DNA from: Promethearchaeota archaeon
GTDB lineage: Archaea; Asgardarchaeota; Thorarchaeia; Thorarchaeales; Thorarchaeaceae
NCBI GenBank assembly: GCA_027031765.1
Contig: JALVPN010000110.1
Coordinates: 30,990 to 62,989, forward strand
Direction of reading: 5' to 3'
Length of the DNA stretch: 32,000 nucleotides
Part shown: piece by piece, positions 17,393-26,672 of the stretch
Position numbering within the stretch: position 1 is the first letter of the stretch
How the letters are laid out: every line of letters begins with the position of its first letter
Position numbers and translations under genes: made by a program
Notes under the pieces: model-generated
The model's input: only the letters and a program-made list of their open reading frames with translations
Databases searched by the model: none
Told to the model about the DNA's origin: nothing

Positions 17393-17714
17393 ACTTGTGT
17401 TCACCATAGGACTATGATGGACTGTCGCGCAGAGACTCGGCCGGTGGCCTATCTCAGAAGGCTGGAACCAACCACTAGGGTGTGCATAAAAGGTTGTCGC
17501 TGTGTTGTAACTTGGCAGGTTCAGCACTCGCACAATTCATGAACTATGACGATACCATCCTGTTCCTGTTTGTTTCCAGTTCCACCGATTGGCCGGATGT
17601 TGTGTGTCAGCAACAGGTGTCGACATGAGTAGCAGCCATGTAAATTAGTATGGACTGGTCGACTGCACTAGTGGGAGCCCTGCAGACATCCGGGCATGCA
17701 GTCCCGTAGACCGG

Positions 17715-18015
17715 GTCTGATTCAGCAGCCGCGTTCCGCATGCGAGTTAGCTCCGCACGCTGCTCTAGTGCAGACCACTTCTGTGGACACCTTCCTCCGC
17801 AAGTGTGACTGTTCTCTCACGCAAGCGGAAGAGGTGCCCAGCAGTCTTGGAGGTTGGCGACACCTCCCTTGACGGAAAACCCCACCTTGCTGCTGCAGGA
17901 CTGGAGATACCGGGGCATTCCTCTTTCTGTGACGGGCGCTCGCATGGTATGACACACAGGATATTGCATAGGTGTGTCTAACAATTGCCAAGGCTCATGT
18001 TGTCATGAATGCTGG
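17715..18015 (-). pseudogene. Probable heavily decayed IS200/IS605-family TnpB C-terminal fragment
   Basis: Across frames: WQLL..QY..APVTE..PRYLQSCS, then VVC..ACG..HA / RNAA, echoing the TnpB pattern YK..PV..V.PRYTSQ.C..CG...C..CG...HAD.NAA.NI; several frameshifts and stops. Confidence 0.4.
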
Positions 18016-18207
18016 CTGCGGAAGGAGGAATGTAGCGGCTCGCTACATCCCACCGCATACAATTGTGCATTCGTCTTTCTCGGACTGTGTGTGCATGAGC
18101 AGTGTTGTCATAGATGTCCGCGTTTCGTAGAGCCCGGACGGTAGAAATATAACATAGTTATGCTGCTAACCAATAGGGACTCACGGGCTGGAGTGCGTGG
18201 CAACACA

Positions 18208-20290
18208 ATGAGCGAGTCCAATTGGTGGAAAAAGGGTCACTTCGTACGCGAGGTCATTTCAGCTATTGTCATTCTGATGTGGATACTTGCAGTTGTAGGG
18301 TTCACTGCCCTCAGCCCGCTGGCCGCAATGGGGAGATTGGTTTCTGACACGGCCGACGCACTTTTCTTTATATTCGGTTTCGTCCTGTACGTGCTCTATG
18401 CGTCAAAGATTCGTTTGGTCGTCCTCGCAGCGTACTATAGAATCAAGTATCGAAAAGCAGGAGAGCTCAGTTACGATATTCCTCCTATTGAATCTGGTCA
18501 TGAGCAGAACGAGCACGGTACAACAGGTGGGACTCAGCAAGGACTCCCCGACTATCACGATATTCTGGTCAAAGCCTCGTTCTTGAAACAACGGGGTCAC
18601 CCACACACTCCAAAGTTCCCTGTATATATTGCGGCGCCGCATCTACTGAAGGAATGGGGCCCTTTCTCGGGCCTTCTTAGGAGAGTTGGGCTGTCTGGGC
18701 GGCTCCCCTCTCAATCTGTTCTACCAAACTGGGCATTTCATATTCTCTTGATAGATACGGAACTCACACTCAAGCGCGAAATACGGACTGGTGATGGTGG
18801 CAATAGTGAGGTAGTCTACGAGCTCCAGGTTGACCTTGACAAGGCCCGTTATGGGATATACAACAATGATGGAAAGCGATTTCTCGACTTCATCTATCTA
18901 CGTGAACGGCATGGTTCAAGTGACTCCGAGCAGGACGCTGGAGAATGCGGCTCCGAGCAGCACACTAGAGAACACAGCTTCGAGCAGTATATTAGAGAGT
19001 ACGATACTACGCGAGATTTCGAATTCTTCAAATGCCGCCCGATTGACAACGAGGCGCGCAGGGCGGCAATTGAAAGTCTCGATAGGGCCATCACAGCTTT
19101 CTTGGAGGGTGATGAGGTTCGCGACCTTTCTGGGGGGGGGAGCAGGCTCTCCCACATGTGCTACATTTGACCTGCATGCAGCCCCCCTCCGGTGGGTTTC
19201 TGGTGGTGTTGTTCCAATCGTGAAACATCAGGACAGACTATGGGTCGTTCTATTCTTTCGAGAAATCAAACCTAGGGGGTGGAATCTGGGGAACGGCTCC
19301 TCCCAGAGCAGTGACGAGTACACAAACATCAGGAAACTATTGGTGCGGGAGTTCCTGGAGGAGTTCATAGTTCTTGGAAGTCCACCGGTGCCCCGCAACA
19401 CACAGTCTGCGGGAGTCACAGGGTCATGTGACTGCATAAGTGTCCCCAGGAAGATGCCTGAGTTCTACGAGGAGGGTACGCAGTTGACAGACTTGGAGTC
19501 AGCCGCCAGTCTTGTGTGGCGTGAACATGAGCAACTTCGCAAGAAACATGATGGCATCTCAATAGAATGGGACGATAGTAGCGAAGGCTATGTCCTCAAA
19601 ACTATCGAAACCCCGTATCGTGTCCAAATCGTTTGCCCTGAAACCAAGACCCCTCACAAGGTTCCGAACGCCCTCTTTACTATCAATCCCTTCGAGTTTG
19701 GAATTGAAATCAACAAGATAATGTGGTTTAGACTTGGTGAAACGGATTATATCTTAGACGGCGAGATTCTGGAAACAGGCCCATTTCTTCTGCGAAGACC
19801 TGTGATACTCATCTCGCTTGACTTCCTGAAACGGAAGTACGATGAGAACGGCCGAGAAGTCGGTCTTGGGAAAACACTCACCCATCCTGGCTTTCCCAAG
19901 TGCAAGAGTCTCGGGAGTATTCCCGCCGGCGAGTACAGGCTCTTCCTTCGTGACATTTACTTCAAGAATGTCCGGCTTGCCTCCCTCATTTCCAAGAGCC
20001 GCGGCATAAGGGGGCTGAATGCTGGGGAAAGAGAGGAATGTCGTGCCCTAAAATCGTGGCTGCGCAATTACCAGCACCTATTTCTCGGCGATGAGTACCG
20101 CTACGGTGACGTGCCAATGGACACGATTTGGCACCGCATTCTAGAACTGGAAAACGGCGAGGTGTCCCGTGACCTGAAAGACTCTGATCCAAGCACACCT
20201 TACCTCACGTCACTATGCCCGGTCACGTGGAAAAACCTTGAAACAATCCTCGGCAACCCATCCATCTGGGATGAAATCCAGAAGATTTGA
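18208..20290 (+). CDS. Hypothetical 2TM + Nudix-like protein, frameshifted at G9 tract 19132-19140 (about 693 aa if G8)
   Basis: ORFs 18160-19170 and 18830-20290 join in frame if one G is removed; two N-terminal TM helices; C-half has G..E..REFLEE Nudix-box-like motif. Confidence 0.6.
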
Positions 20291-20906
20291 TTCGGATGCA
20301 ATATGCTGGTGGGTGGCGAGCCATAATCTCTTTCCAGAATGACTCCCTGTCCTCAACGTCGTGCGTATCTTTGACGCATTCTACTTGAAGTGTGTACGGC
20401 ATTTCAACTGGAGTGTGACCATCATTCCACATGTCAAATATGAGCCTATGTGCATGCCAAGTCCATCTGTGTACTAATATAATATGGGTATGTCAGCGGG
20501 GTTTCAGTCGAGTCTGCAGGGAACCCAGACGGACTAGCAAGGGTGCCGGCGGGTAGTGCATGAGGTTCGCGTAATCCGGTTCTGAGAACGGGCACAACAT
20601 GGGTGCTGTTTGAATGTAGAGCCGCTGGGCAGGGCACATGAGTGCATTGATGGGACTGATGGAATGTGTACCCTTTAGGAGCAGTTCAGATGTGCCAGTG
20701 ATGTCAGGAAACAGCCATACACAACTAGGCGGTGACTTCTTGTTGCCAGTCCACTGTTGCGCCCTCTATCACCGCTGGAACCGTTTCTCCTGCTGCTGCA
20801 CCATTCCCGTTTCAGACGGTACTAGTAGTGGGCACGTAGGGGCGTCGTACGGCAAACATATGTGCCTGGATGTGTTGACGACCACTCTTTCCTGTAACGA
20901 CCTCCA

Positions 20907-21194
20907 CTACTTGCGGATCTTGTAGATTACTGCGGTGTTCCCACGCACTCCTGCCAGTGTTGCCCCAGTCCGCATGCAGAGCTCCTCAAATACATCGGTC
21001 TTTGACCTGTTGCTGCTCAGCGCTGTCCTCAGTACACGCACCTTGATGTACTCGTGTTCTTTCAGGAGCCGTCGTGCCTCACTCACCACCGCGTCGCTCA
21101 CTCCGGCCTTTCCAATCTGCATCATTGCAGGGTCTTGCCATGTGATTGCAATCCTTGTCGGGTCGGGCCTGCGTGTTACCCTCATTGTAACCAT
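20907..21194 (-). CDS. yhbY: YhbY/CRM-domain RNA-binding protein
   Basis: MQIGKAGVSDAVV, HEYIKVRVL, GNTAVIYK. Confidence 0.88.
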   Translation of the reverse strand: MVTMRVTRRPDPTRIAITWQDPAMMQIGKAGVSDAVVSEARRLLKEHEYIKVRVLRTALSSNRSKTDVFEELCMRTGATLAGVRGNTAVIYKIRK

Positions 21195-21222
21195 CTGTCA
21201 TCCGTCACATCAGGGCCATTAA

Positions 21223-21543
21223 CTACCTTTTGATGGGGAACCTGCGAATGGTGCCACATGAAAGACATGTGACGACCACATGTGTGGAGCGTCGTGCCCG
21301 CACACGCACCCTGCAGTTCCGCCCTGGGACGAGGACTGCCCCACACCTCTTACAGAGATGCCTGCGGATGTGCCACGGCATCCTTGTCCTCGCCTTCTGT
21401 GCTATCCTTGAGGCAATCCGCATCCACGCGCGCGCCAGATCTGGGCGCTCTCTCGCAACTGTGCGGGCCTGCTCCCATAGGATTCCTATCCGGGCGTGTG
21501 CAAGTCTGCGCACGAGTTTCCGTGGTTGTCTTCTCCTGTTCAA
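21223..21543 (-). CDS. rnp4: Ribonuclease P protein component 4 (Rpp21)
   Basis: ARIGILWEQA, RRHLCKRCG, VVTCLSCGTIRRFP zinc ribbon. Confidence 0.92.
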   Translation of the reverse strand: MNRRRQPRKLVRRLAHARIGILWEQARTVARERPDLARAWMRIASRIAQKARTRMPWHIRRHLCKRCGAVLVPGRNCRVRVRARRSTHVVVTCLSCGTIRRFPIKR

Positions 21544-21790
21544 CTCCCGTCAGTCCGCCGTTCTGCAGTTGCTACACGGTCGCCGGTGGCGGGCTGAGAT
21601 GGGCCGTTCCCATAGTGTTATGTCGCCCCAACACCATGTCATTGCCCTGTTCGCCCACTCACGTTGTACGCCCTGGGGGCTCCCCTGTGCCTGTGGGCTC
21701 CCGCCTCTGGCTGGCCAGAGTGGTAGTTACTGATTTGGCACACACATCTTATATTGTTTCCAGATTGACCACCCGCCCGGGAATGGCACC

Positions 21791-22525
21791 ATGCTCCATA
21801 TTGTCCTCCTAGAAAGTGCGTTGGAACTAGTCCCCACCGACATAGTTGGGACAAGGCAGGTCCGGGCATCGGCCCGTCGTCGTGGACGCAGACCAGACCA
21901 GATGCTGCTCGACCAGAGCTATCATGGTCAGGCAATGCTCCGCCTCCGTGACCACGAGCGACGGGGGCGTCCCGATATTGTGTTCCTGAGCCTCCTGTCC
22001 CTCCTAGAGACCCCGCTGTGTCGCGCTGGCCTCCTGTCAGTGCACCTGCACCTCCGCGATGGGCGGGTGGTGGACGTAGACCCGACTGTCAGACTGCCCC
22101 GGAACTATGAGCGGTTCACCGGTCTGCTGGAACAGCTCCTACTCAATGGCCGCGTCCCACCGACCGGTACGTCCCTGCTGCAGGTCACGCAGAAGACCCT
22201 GACCGAAACACTCGACGCACTTGACCCGGACGGCCAACATGCACTCCGCATCCTTGCTGACGAGGACGGTCAGCCAATGTCAATGCACAGCCTCTGCAAT
22301 TTCCTACCTGATGACCCCTCCCGTCCCGTCATTGTAGGCATCGGTGCGTTCCCGCACGGCGACCTCAGTGCCCGGATACGTCCATTGTTCCAGCACCATG
22401 TGTGTTTGGACAACGAGGTCATGATGGCGTGGCATGTCTGTTCAGAGGTACTCTGGGCATACTCCCTGCGGGTCGGCCTTGGGGACTCGTACAGGCCCCT
22501 GTCATCTGACAAACAACAGCCTTAA
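21791..22525 (+). CDS. nep1: 16S rRNA pseudouridine N1-methyltransferase Nep1/Emg1
   Basis: LESALEL, LLDQSYH, RGRPDIV, RLPRNYERFTGLLEQL, GIGAFPHG. Confidence 0.93.
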   Translation: MLHIVLLESALELVPTDIVGTRQVRASARRRGRRPDQMLLDQSYHGQAMLRLRDHERRGRPDIVFLSLLSLLETPLCRAGLLSVHLHLRDGRVVDVDPTVRLPRNYERFTGLLEQLLLNGRVPPTGTSLLQVTQKTLTETLDALDPDGQHALRILADEDGQPMSMHSLCNFLPDDPSRPVIVGIGAFPHGDLSARIRPLFQHHVCLDNEVMMAWHVCSEVLWAYSLRVGLGDSYRPLSSDKQQP

Positions 22526-22587
22526 ATCTCTACCATCCACACCGCACCAGTGTGGCCATCCCGGACGGGTGGCCGCGCCGACTGCGT

Positions 22588-22662
22588 GCGCCTGTAGTCT
22601 AGGGGTTATGATTCGACCCTTCCAAGGTCGCGACCCGGGTTCGATTCCCGGCAGGCGCACCA
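22588..22662 (+). tRNA. tRNA-Gly(TCC), intronless, CCA encoded
   Basis: GCGCCTG/CAGGCGC acceptor, CGACC-CTTCCAA-GGTCG, CCGGG-TTCGATT-CCCGG, ACCA. Confidence 0.97.
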
Positions 22663-22816
22663 CTCATCTTACCTACGACCTGCCGGGGGTGGAAGGGGCT
22701 CAGTGTTTCTGCCCGTGAACACAAGTCTTTTGTTGCCATAACCGTGGCCACATTGACTGAGGCGGGGCCATCCCACTCACAACATAGTCTACTGAGCGGA
22801 ACACAGGGGTCAGGAC

Positions 22817-24838
22817 ATGCAGTCCCTCATCCACAACGGCATCATTGTTGTCGGCCTCCCCGAGGCCAGAGGCCTCACCATCCGTGTACGGGGTCGCCCT
22901 ATCAAGATGGACCAGTTGCAGGAAGCAATGGCTGTTGCGTGGGTCAAGAAACTCGGCACACCCTATGTAGAAGACCCTGTCTTTGTATCAAACTTCATGC
23001 AGGACTTCAGCAAGGCCCTTGGTTTCAACCCGCCTCTCAGTATAGACGAGGTCGACTTCTCTGAGGTGATTGCTGTAGTCGAGGCCGAGCGGGCCCGGAA
23101 AGCAGCAATGACAGAGGAGGAGAGACGTGCAGAACGTGAGGCCCGGCGTGCTGAACGAGAACGCCTGAAGGAGAAGTACGGATATGCCATAGTCGACGGC
23201 GTGCGTATGGAACTGGCCAACTATCAGACGGAGCCTCCAGGCATATTCATGGGTCGTGGTGAACACCCCCTCCGTGGTCGCTGGAAGCCCGGGGTCACGC
23301 ACAAAGACATCACTCTGAACCTCTCCCCGGACTCGCCGCGTCCACCGGGTGAATGGGGTGAGATTGTGTGGGCCCCTGACTGCCTGTGGATTGCAAAATG
23401 GACAGACGCTCTCACAGGGAAACTCAAGTATGTCTGGCTACACGACAGCACCCCTCCCAAACAGGCCCGTGAGGCAGCCAAGTTCGACAAGGCCCTCAGG
23501 ATGGAACCGAAGCTGCCAGAGATCCGCCAGCATATCATGGACGGCCTCCGCAGTGAGAAGCCTCGGATACGTGAGGTCGCTGCAGCCTGCTACCTGATTG
23601 ACAGGCTCAGTCTGCGTGTGGGCGACGAGAAGGACCCGGACGAAGCGGACACGGTCGGTGCCACCACACTTAGGGTCGAACACCTCACGCTGAAGAAGAA
23701 CAACACTGTGGTCTTCGACTTCCTCGGAAAGGACAGTGTCCCTTGGCATAAGGAACTGCAGATGCCACCGGATGTCTTTGCGGTCTTCAAAGAGTTGTAC
23801 GACCGGGCTGCAGCCCGGCTCGAGTCTTTCCTCAGGCGGGAGGCCGAGACGACCAGTGCAGACCCAAAGAAGGTCGCCCAGATATTCCCGAGCATAGGCA
23901 GTTCCAGTGTGAACCGGTTCCTCAGTCAGGTCGACCCCGACCTCACGGCGAAGGTCTTCCGCACACTCCACGCATCTGTTACTATGCGGGACGAGCTGGC
24001 GCACAGCAACGCCAGACAGGACGACCCTGACTTCATCAAGAAGGCCGCCTTCAGGCGTGCTAACCTTGAGGTCGCCCGCCTCATGAACCATACAAAGCAG
24101 GCCCCTAAGAACTGGGAGCGTACTGTCGAAAGGTACCGGGAACGGCTGAGAAAGGCCGATGAACGTGTGGAACGGGCAAAGGCCAAGGTCACCGAAGCCG
24201 AAGAGCGTCTAGAAACGACCAAGGCCAAGATCAAGCTGGCACGTGAGAAACGACATGCCCGGCTCGAAACACTACGTGCTAAGGTCGAGGAACTGCGTGC
24301 TGCGCTGGCAACAGCAGAGGATGCAGTGAAAGCAGCACAGCAGGCCCTCAAGGAGGCACAGGCTGAAGCAATGGCCGCCAGTCCCCACAGTGATGGAGTC
24401 CACCAGATGGGGGGCAAGAAGAGGTCGTCGCGTAGGTCAAGTCGTGACCCACTGTCCCGTTTCAAGAAAGAAGTGGACCGGGCGAACACCCGGGTCAGAC
24501 GTCTGAAGGGTCAGCTCAGGCGTGCTCGCAAGAGACTGAAGGATGCCAGAGGCCGTGAGATAACATCGAAGGAGCGAGAGGCGGAGCGCCTATCAAGAGC
24601 CCGGAAGGCTGTAGATACGGCAAAGAAACGTCTGAAGAATGCAAAGCTTGCAAGGCGTAAGGTGAAGGTCGACTTTGAACTGGCCAAGGCCTGTCGTACC
24701 TGGAACCTTGGCACATCCCTCAAGTCGTACATCCACCCCCGGATTGTATACCGTTGGTGCCAGGAGGTGGACTACGACTGGCGCAAGGTATACCCGAAGA
24801 CATTGCAGCGGAAGTTCGAGGGCTGGATTGCCGGCTAG
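22817..24838 (+). CDS. top1: Eukaryotic-type DNA topoisomerase IB
   Basis: EPPGIFMGRGEHPLRGRWK, LRVGDEK (catalytic Arg), FLGKDS (Lys), KVFRT (Arg), LMNHTK (His), coiled-coil linker, LGTSLKSYIHPR (catalytic Tyr, codon 24728-24730). Confidence 0.95.
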   Translation: MQSLIHNGIIVVGLPEARGLTIRVRGRPIKMDQLQEAMAVAWVKKLGTPYVEDPVFVSNFMQDFSKALGFNPPLSIDEVDFSEVIAVVEAERARKAAMTEEERRAEREARRAERERLKEKYGYAIVDGVRMELANYQTEPPGIFMGRGEHPLRGRWKPGVTHKDITLNLSPDSPRPPGEWGEIVWAPDCLWIAKWTDALTGKLKYVWLHDSTPPKQAREAAKFDKALRMEPKLPEIRQHIMDGLRSEKPRIREVAAACYLIDRLSLRVGDEKDPDEADTVGATTLRVEHLTLKKNNTVVFDFLGKDSVPWHKELQMPPDVFAVFKELYDRAAARLESFLRREAETTSADPKKVAQIFPSIGSSSVNRFLSQVDPDLTAKVFRTLHASVTMRDELAHSNARQDDPDFIKKAAFRRANLEVARLMNHTKQAPKNWERTVERYRERLRKADERVERAKAKVTEAEERLETTKAKIKLAREKRHARLETLRAKVEELRAALATAEDAVKAAQQALKEAQAEAMAASPHSDGVHQMGGKKRSSRRSSRDPLSRFKKEVDRANTRVRRLKGQLRRARKRLKDARGREITSKEREAERLSRARKAVDTAKKRLKNAKLARRKVKVDFELAKACRTWNLGTSLKSYIHPRIVYRWCQEVDYDWRKVYPKTLQRKFEGWIAG

Positions 24839-24844
24839 TCGTCA

Positions 24845-25279
24845 CTACTGATGTCCTAGGATCTCTCTCCGGATGCGTGCCTCGATCAGGTCTCTGGTCT
24901 CGATGAACTTCAAGAGCACTTCCTCGTATGACCCTTGGAACGCAGCTGGGTCTGGCATTGGCCAGTGCAGGACCTCTCGTGCTCTTGGGGGGAGGACGCA
25001 CTCCTCCTTCATGGGGTCACACAGGGTCGCAACAAGGTCGAAGGGCTGGTCGAGGAACTCGGTGATGTGTTTCGGGTGCAGTGAGAGGTCGTCAATCCCC
25101 CTCTCCCTGAGTGCCTCCAGTGCAAAAGGGTTGACCTCCTTGGCTGGCTGTGTCCCAGCACTGAAGACCTCATGTTGTCCTCCTGACAACGCGCGCAACA
25201 GGGCCTCCGCCATCTGACTGCGGGCCGAGTTCCCAGTACACAGGAAGAGCACTCTCAAGAGCAGCACATCCTCAACCAC
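24845..25279 (-). CDS. arsC: Arsenate reductase ArsC / LMW-PTP family
   Basis: CTGNSARSQMAE P-loop plus TLC-x6-C redox pair typical of thioredoxin-coupled ArsC. Confidence 0.8.
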   Translation of the reverse strand: MVEDVLLLRVLFLCTGNSARSQMAEALLRALSGGQHEVFSAGTQPAKEVNPFALEALRERGIDDLSLHPKHITEFLDQPFDLVATLCDPMKEECVLPPRAREVLHWPMPDPAAFQGSYEEVLLKFIETRDLIEARIRREILGHQ

Positions 25280-25331
25280 AATGGACAGGAGGTTGTGTAA
25301 GGAGAGCTAGTACGCGAGCCAGTAAGAATGG

Positions 25332-25405
25332 TGGTGCGCCCGCCGGGATTCGAACCCGGGCCGGCTGCGTGGCAGGCAGCCATCATACCCCTAGACAACG
25401 GGCGC
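25332..25405 (-). tRNA. tRNA-Gly(GCC), intronless, CCA encoded
   Basis: GCGCCCG/CGGGCGC acceptor, GCTGC-CTGCCAC-GCAGC, CCGGG-TTCGAAT-CCCGG, ACCA. Confidence 0.97.
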
Positions 25406-25478
25406 CATTGCAGTACTGCCACCTTGACAGTGTTAAAAAGCTTACCGCACCACACATCCTGCCCGCAACTCCTGCGCT

Positions 25479-26672
25479 ATGATATCAGCAAGCAATAAAA
25501 GTCGGTCGGAGGAGGGGCTACACACCATGCAGGTCCGACCAGATTTGATTGGCCGTCCGTCAGAGGCAACGGACAGCGACAGGCAACAGACCCCCGTCCG
25601 ATGCGAGTGGCTTGCTATAGCCAAGGGCATCGGTCTCTTCATAGTAATCTACCTGCATGCTACTTGGGAGGCCATCGCACCATGGAATGCCTTCTTCTCG
25701 GGGTTTGCAATGCCCCTGTTCTTTGTGATTGCCGGCCTCACATATGACAACGAGAAGTACCGACACAATATGCGGGTCTTTGCGGTCACGCGTGCCCGCC
25801 GGTATCTGATACCCTATGTCATCCTGTTCACTATGTGGATTGGCCTTGTGACCGTTGCACCCGGTTCGGGGACTGACCAGAATGCGACCCAGCTCCTGTT
25901 CTGGTTTGCCTATGGTAACGGGCCCCCGAGCGGCTCACCCCATCTCTGGTTCCTCCCGACCCTGTACTTTGGTCTTATCCTCTTCATGCTTGTCGACCGC
26001 GTGACGAAAGACCTCCCGGCTGCGACAAAATGGGTCTTTGCTGTGGTCTTCCCCCTCATCACGGTGGCACTCCACTCCCTGTTCTCCACCCTGTGGCCCT
26101 ATCTCGTCCCATGGCGGATAGGCGCTATGTTTGTCGCTGCGACCTTCATCTTGGTGGGCAACGAAATCCGCCGGTACCTCCGCCTCAGGGCGTGGACCGT
26201 GGGCTCACTGGGCCTTGACCTCCTGTCCGTGCTCGGCGCAGCACTGGCCCTTTTCATGGTCTGCCAGATCAATGGGTTCACAGACATAGCAATGGACAAC
26301 ATCGGCAACGTGTGGCTCTACCTGACCACGGGCCTCCTAGGGACGTACATCGTGTTCGTCATCTCCGCGCTCGTCGTACAGTATGGTGGGCGGGTCAGGG
26401 AGTTCATGACCCGTGTTGGCACGTTCTCGCAGGAACTCTATGAGATACACCCAATGTTCCTGTACACCGTGCCTCTCCTCCTCGGGCTCGTCGGCGTAGT
26501 GGTCACGAACCCTATTGCAGCAGCCAGCTCACTCTGGCCCCTCAACTACCTCGTGATGTGCGCCTTCTCAATCCCGCTGGTGTTCTATGTAGTCCCCCGG
26601 CACGGCATCCTGAGGCTCGTATTCCGTGGCTCCACCAGAGCGGACCGCACTCCTACCCCTGCACCATCATAG
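25479..26672 (+). CDS. Acyltransferase family 3 (AT3) multi-pass membrane protein; start uncertain
   Basis: IAKGIGLFIVIYLH, FAMPLFFVIAG, RRYLIPY, HLWFLPTLY, YEIHP; about 10 TM segments. Confidence 0.85.
   Translation: MISASNKSRSEEGLHTMQVRPDLIGRPSEATDSDRQQTPVRCEWLAIAKGIGLFIVIYLHATWEAIAPWNAFFSGFAMPLFFVIAGLTYDNEKYRHNMRVFAVTRARRYLIPYVILFTMWIGLVTVAPGSGTDQNATQLLFWFAYGNGPPSGSPHLWFLPTLYFGLILFMLVDRVTKDLPAATKWVFAVVFPLITVALHSLFSTLWPYLVPWRIGAMFVAATFILVGNEIRRYLRLRAWTVGSLGLDLLSVLGAALALFMVCQINGFTDIAMDNIGNVWLYLTTGLLGTYIVFVISALVVQYGGRVREFMTRVGTFSQELYEIHPMFLYTVPLLLGLVGVVVTNPIAAASSLWPLNYLVMCAFSIPLVFYVVPRHGILRLVFRGSTRADRTPTPAPS

Noticed and set aside
20290-20900. Possible degraded gene downstream of the Nudix-like ORF
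   Set aside because: Only short stop-interrupted frames with no identifiable motif.
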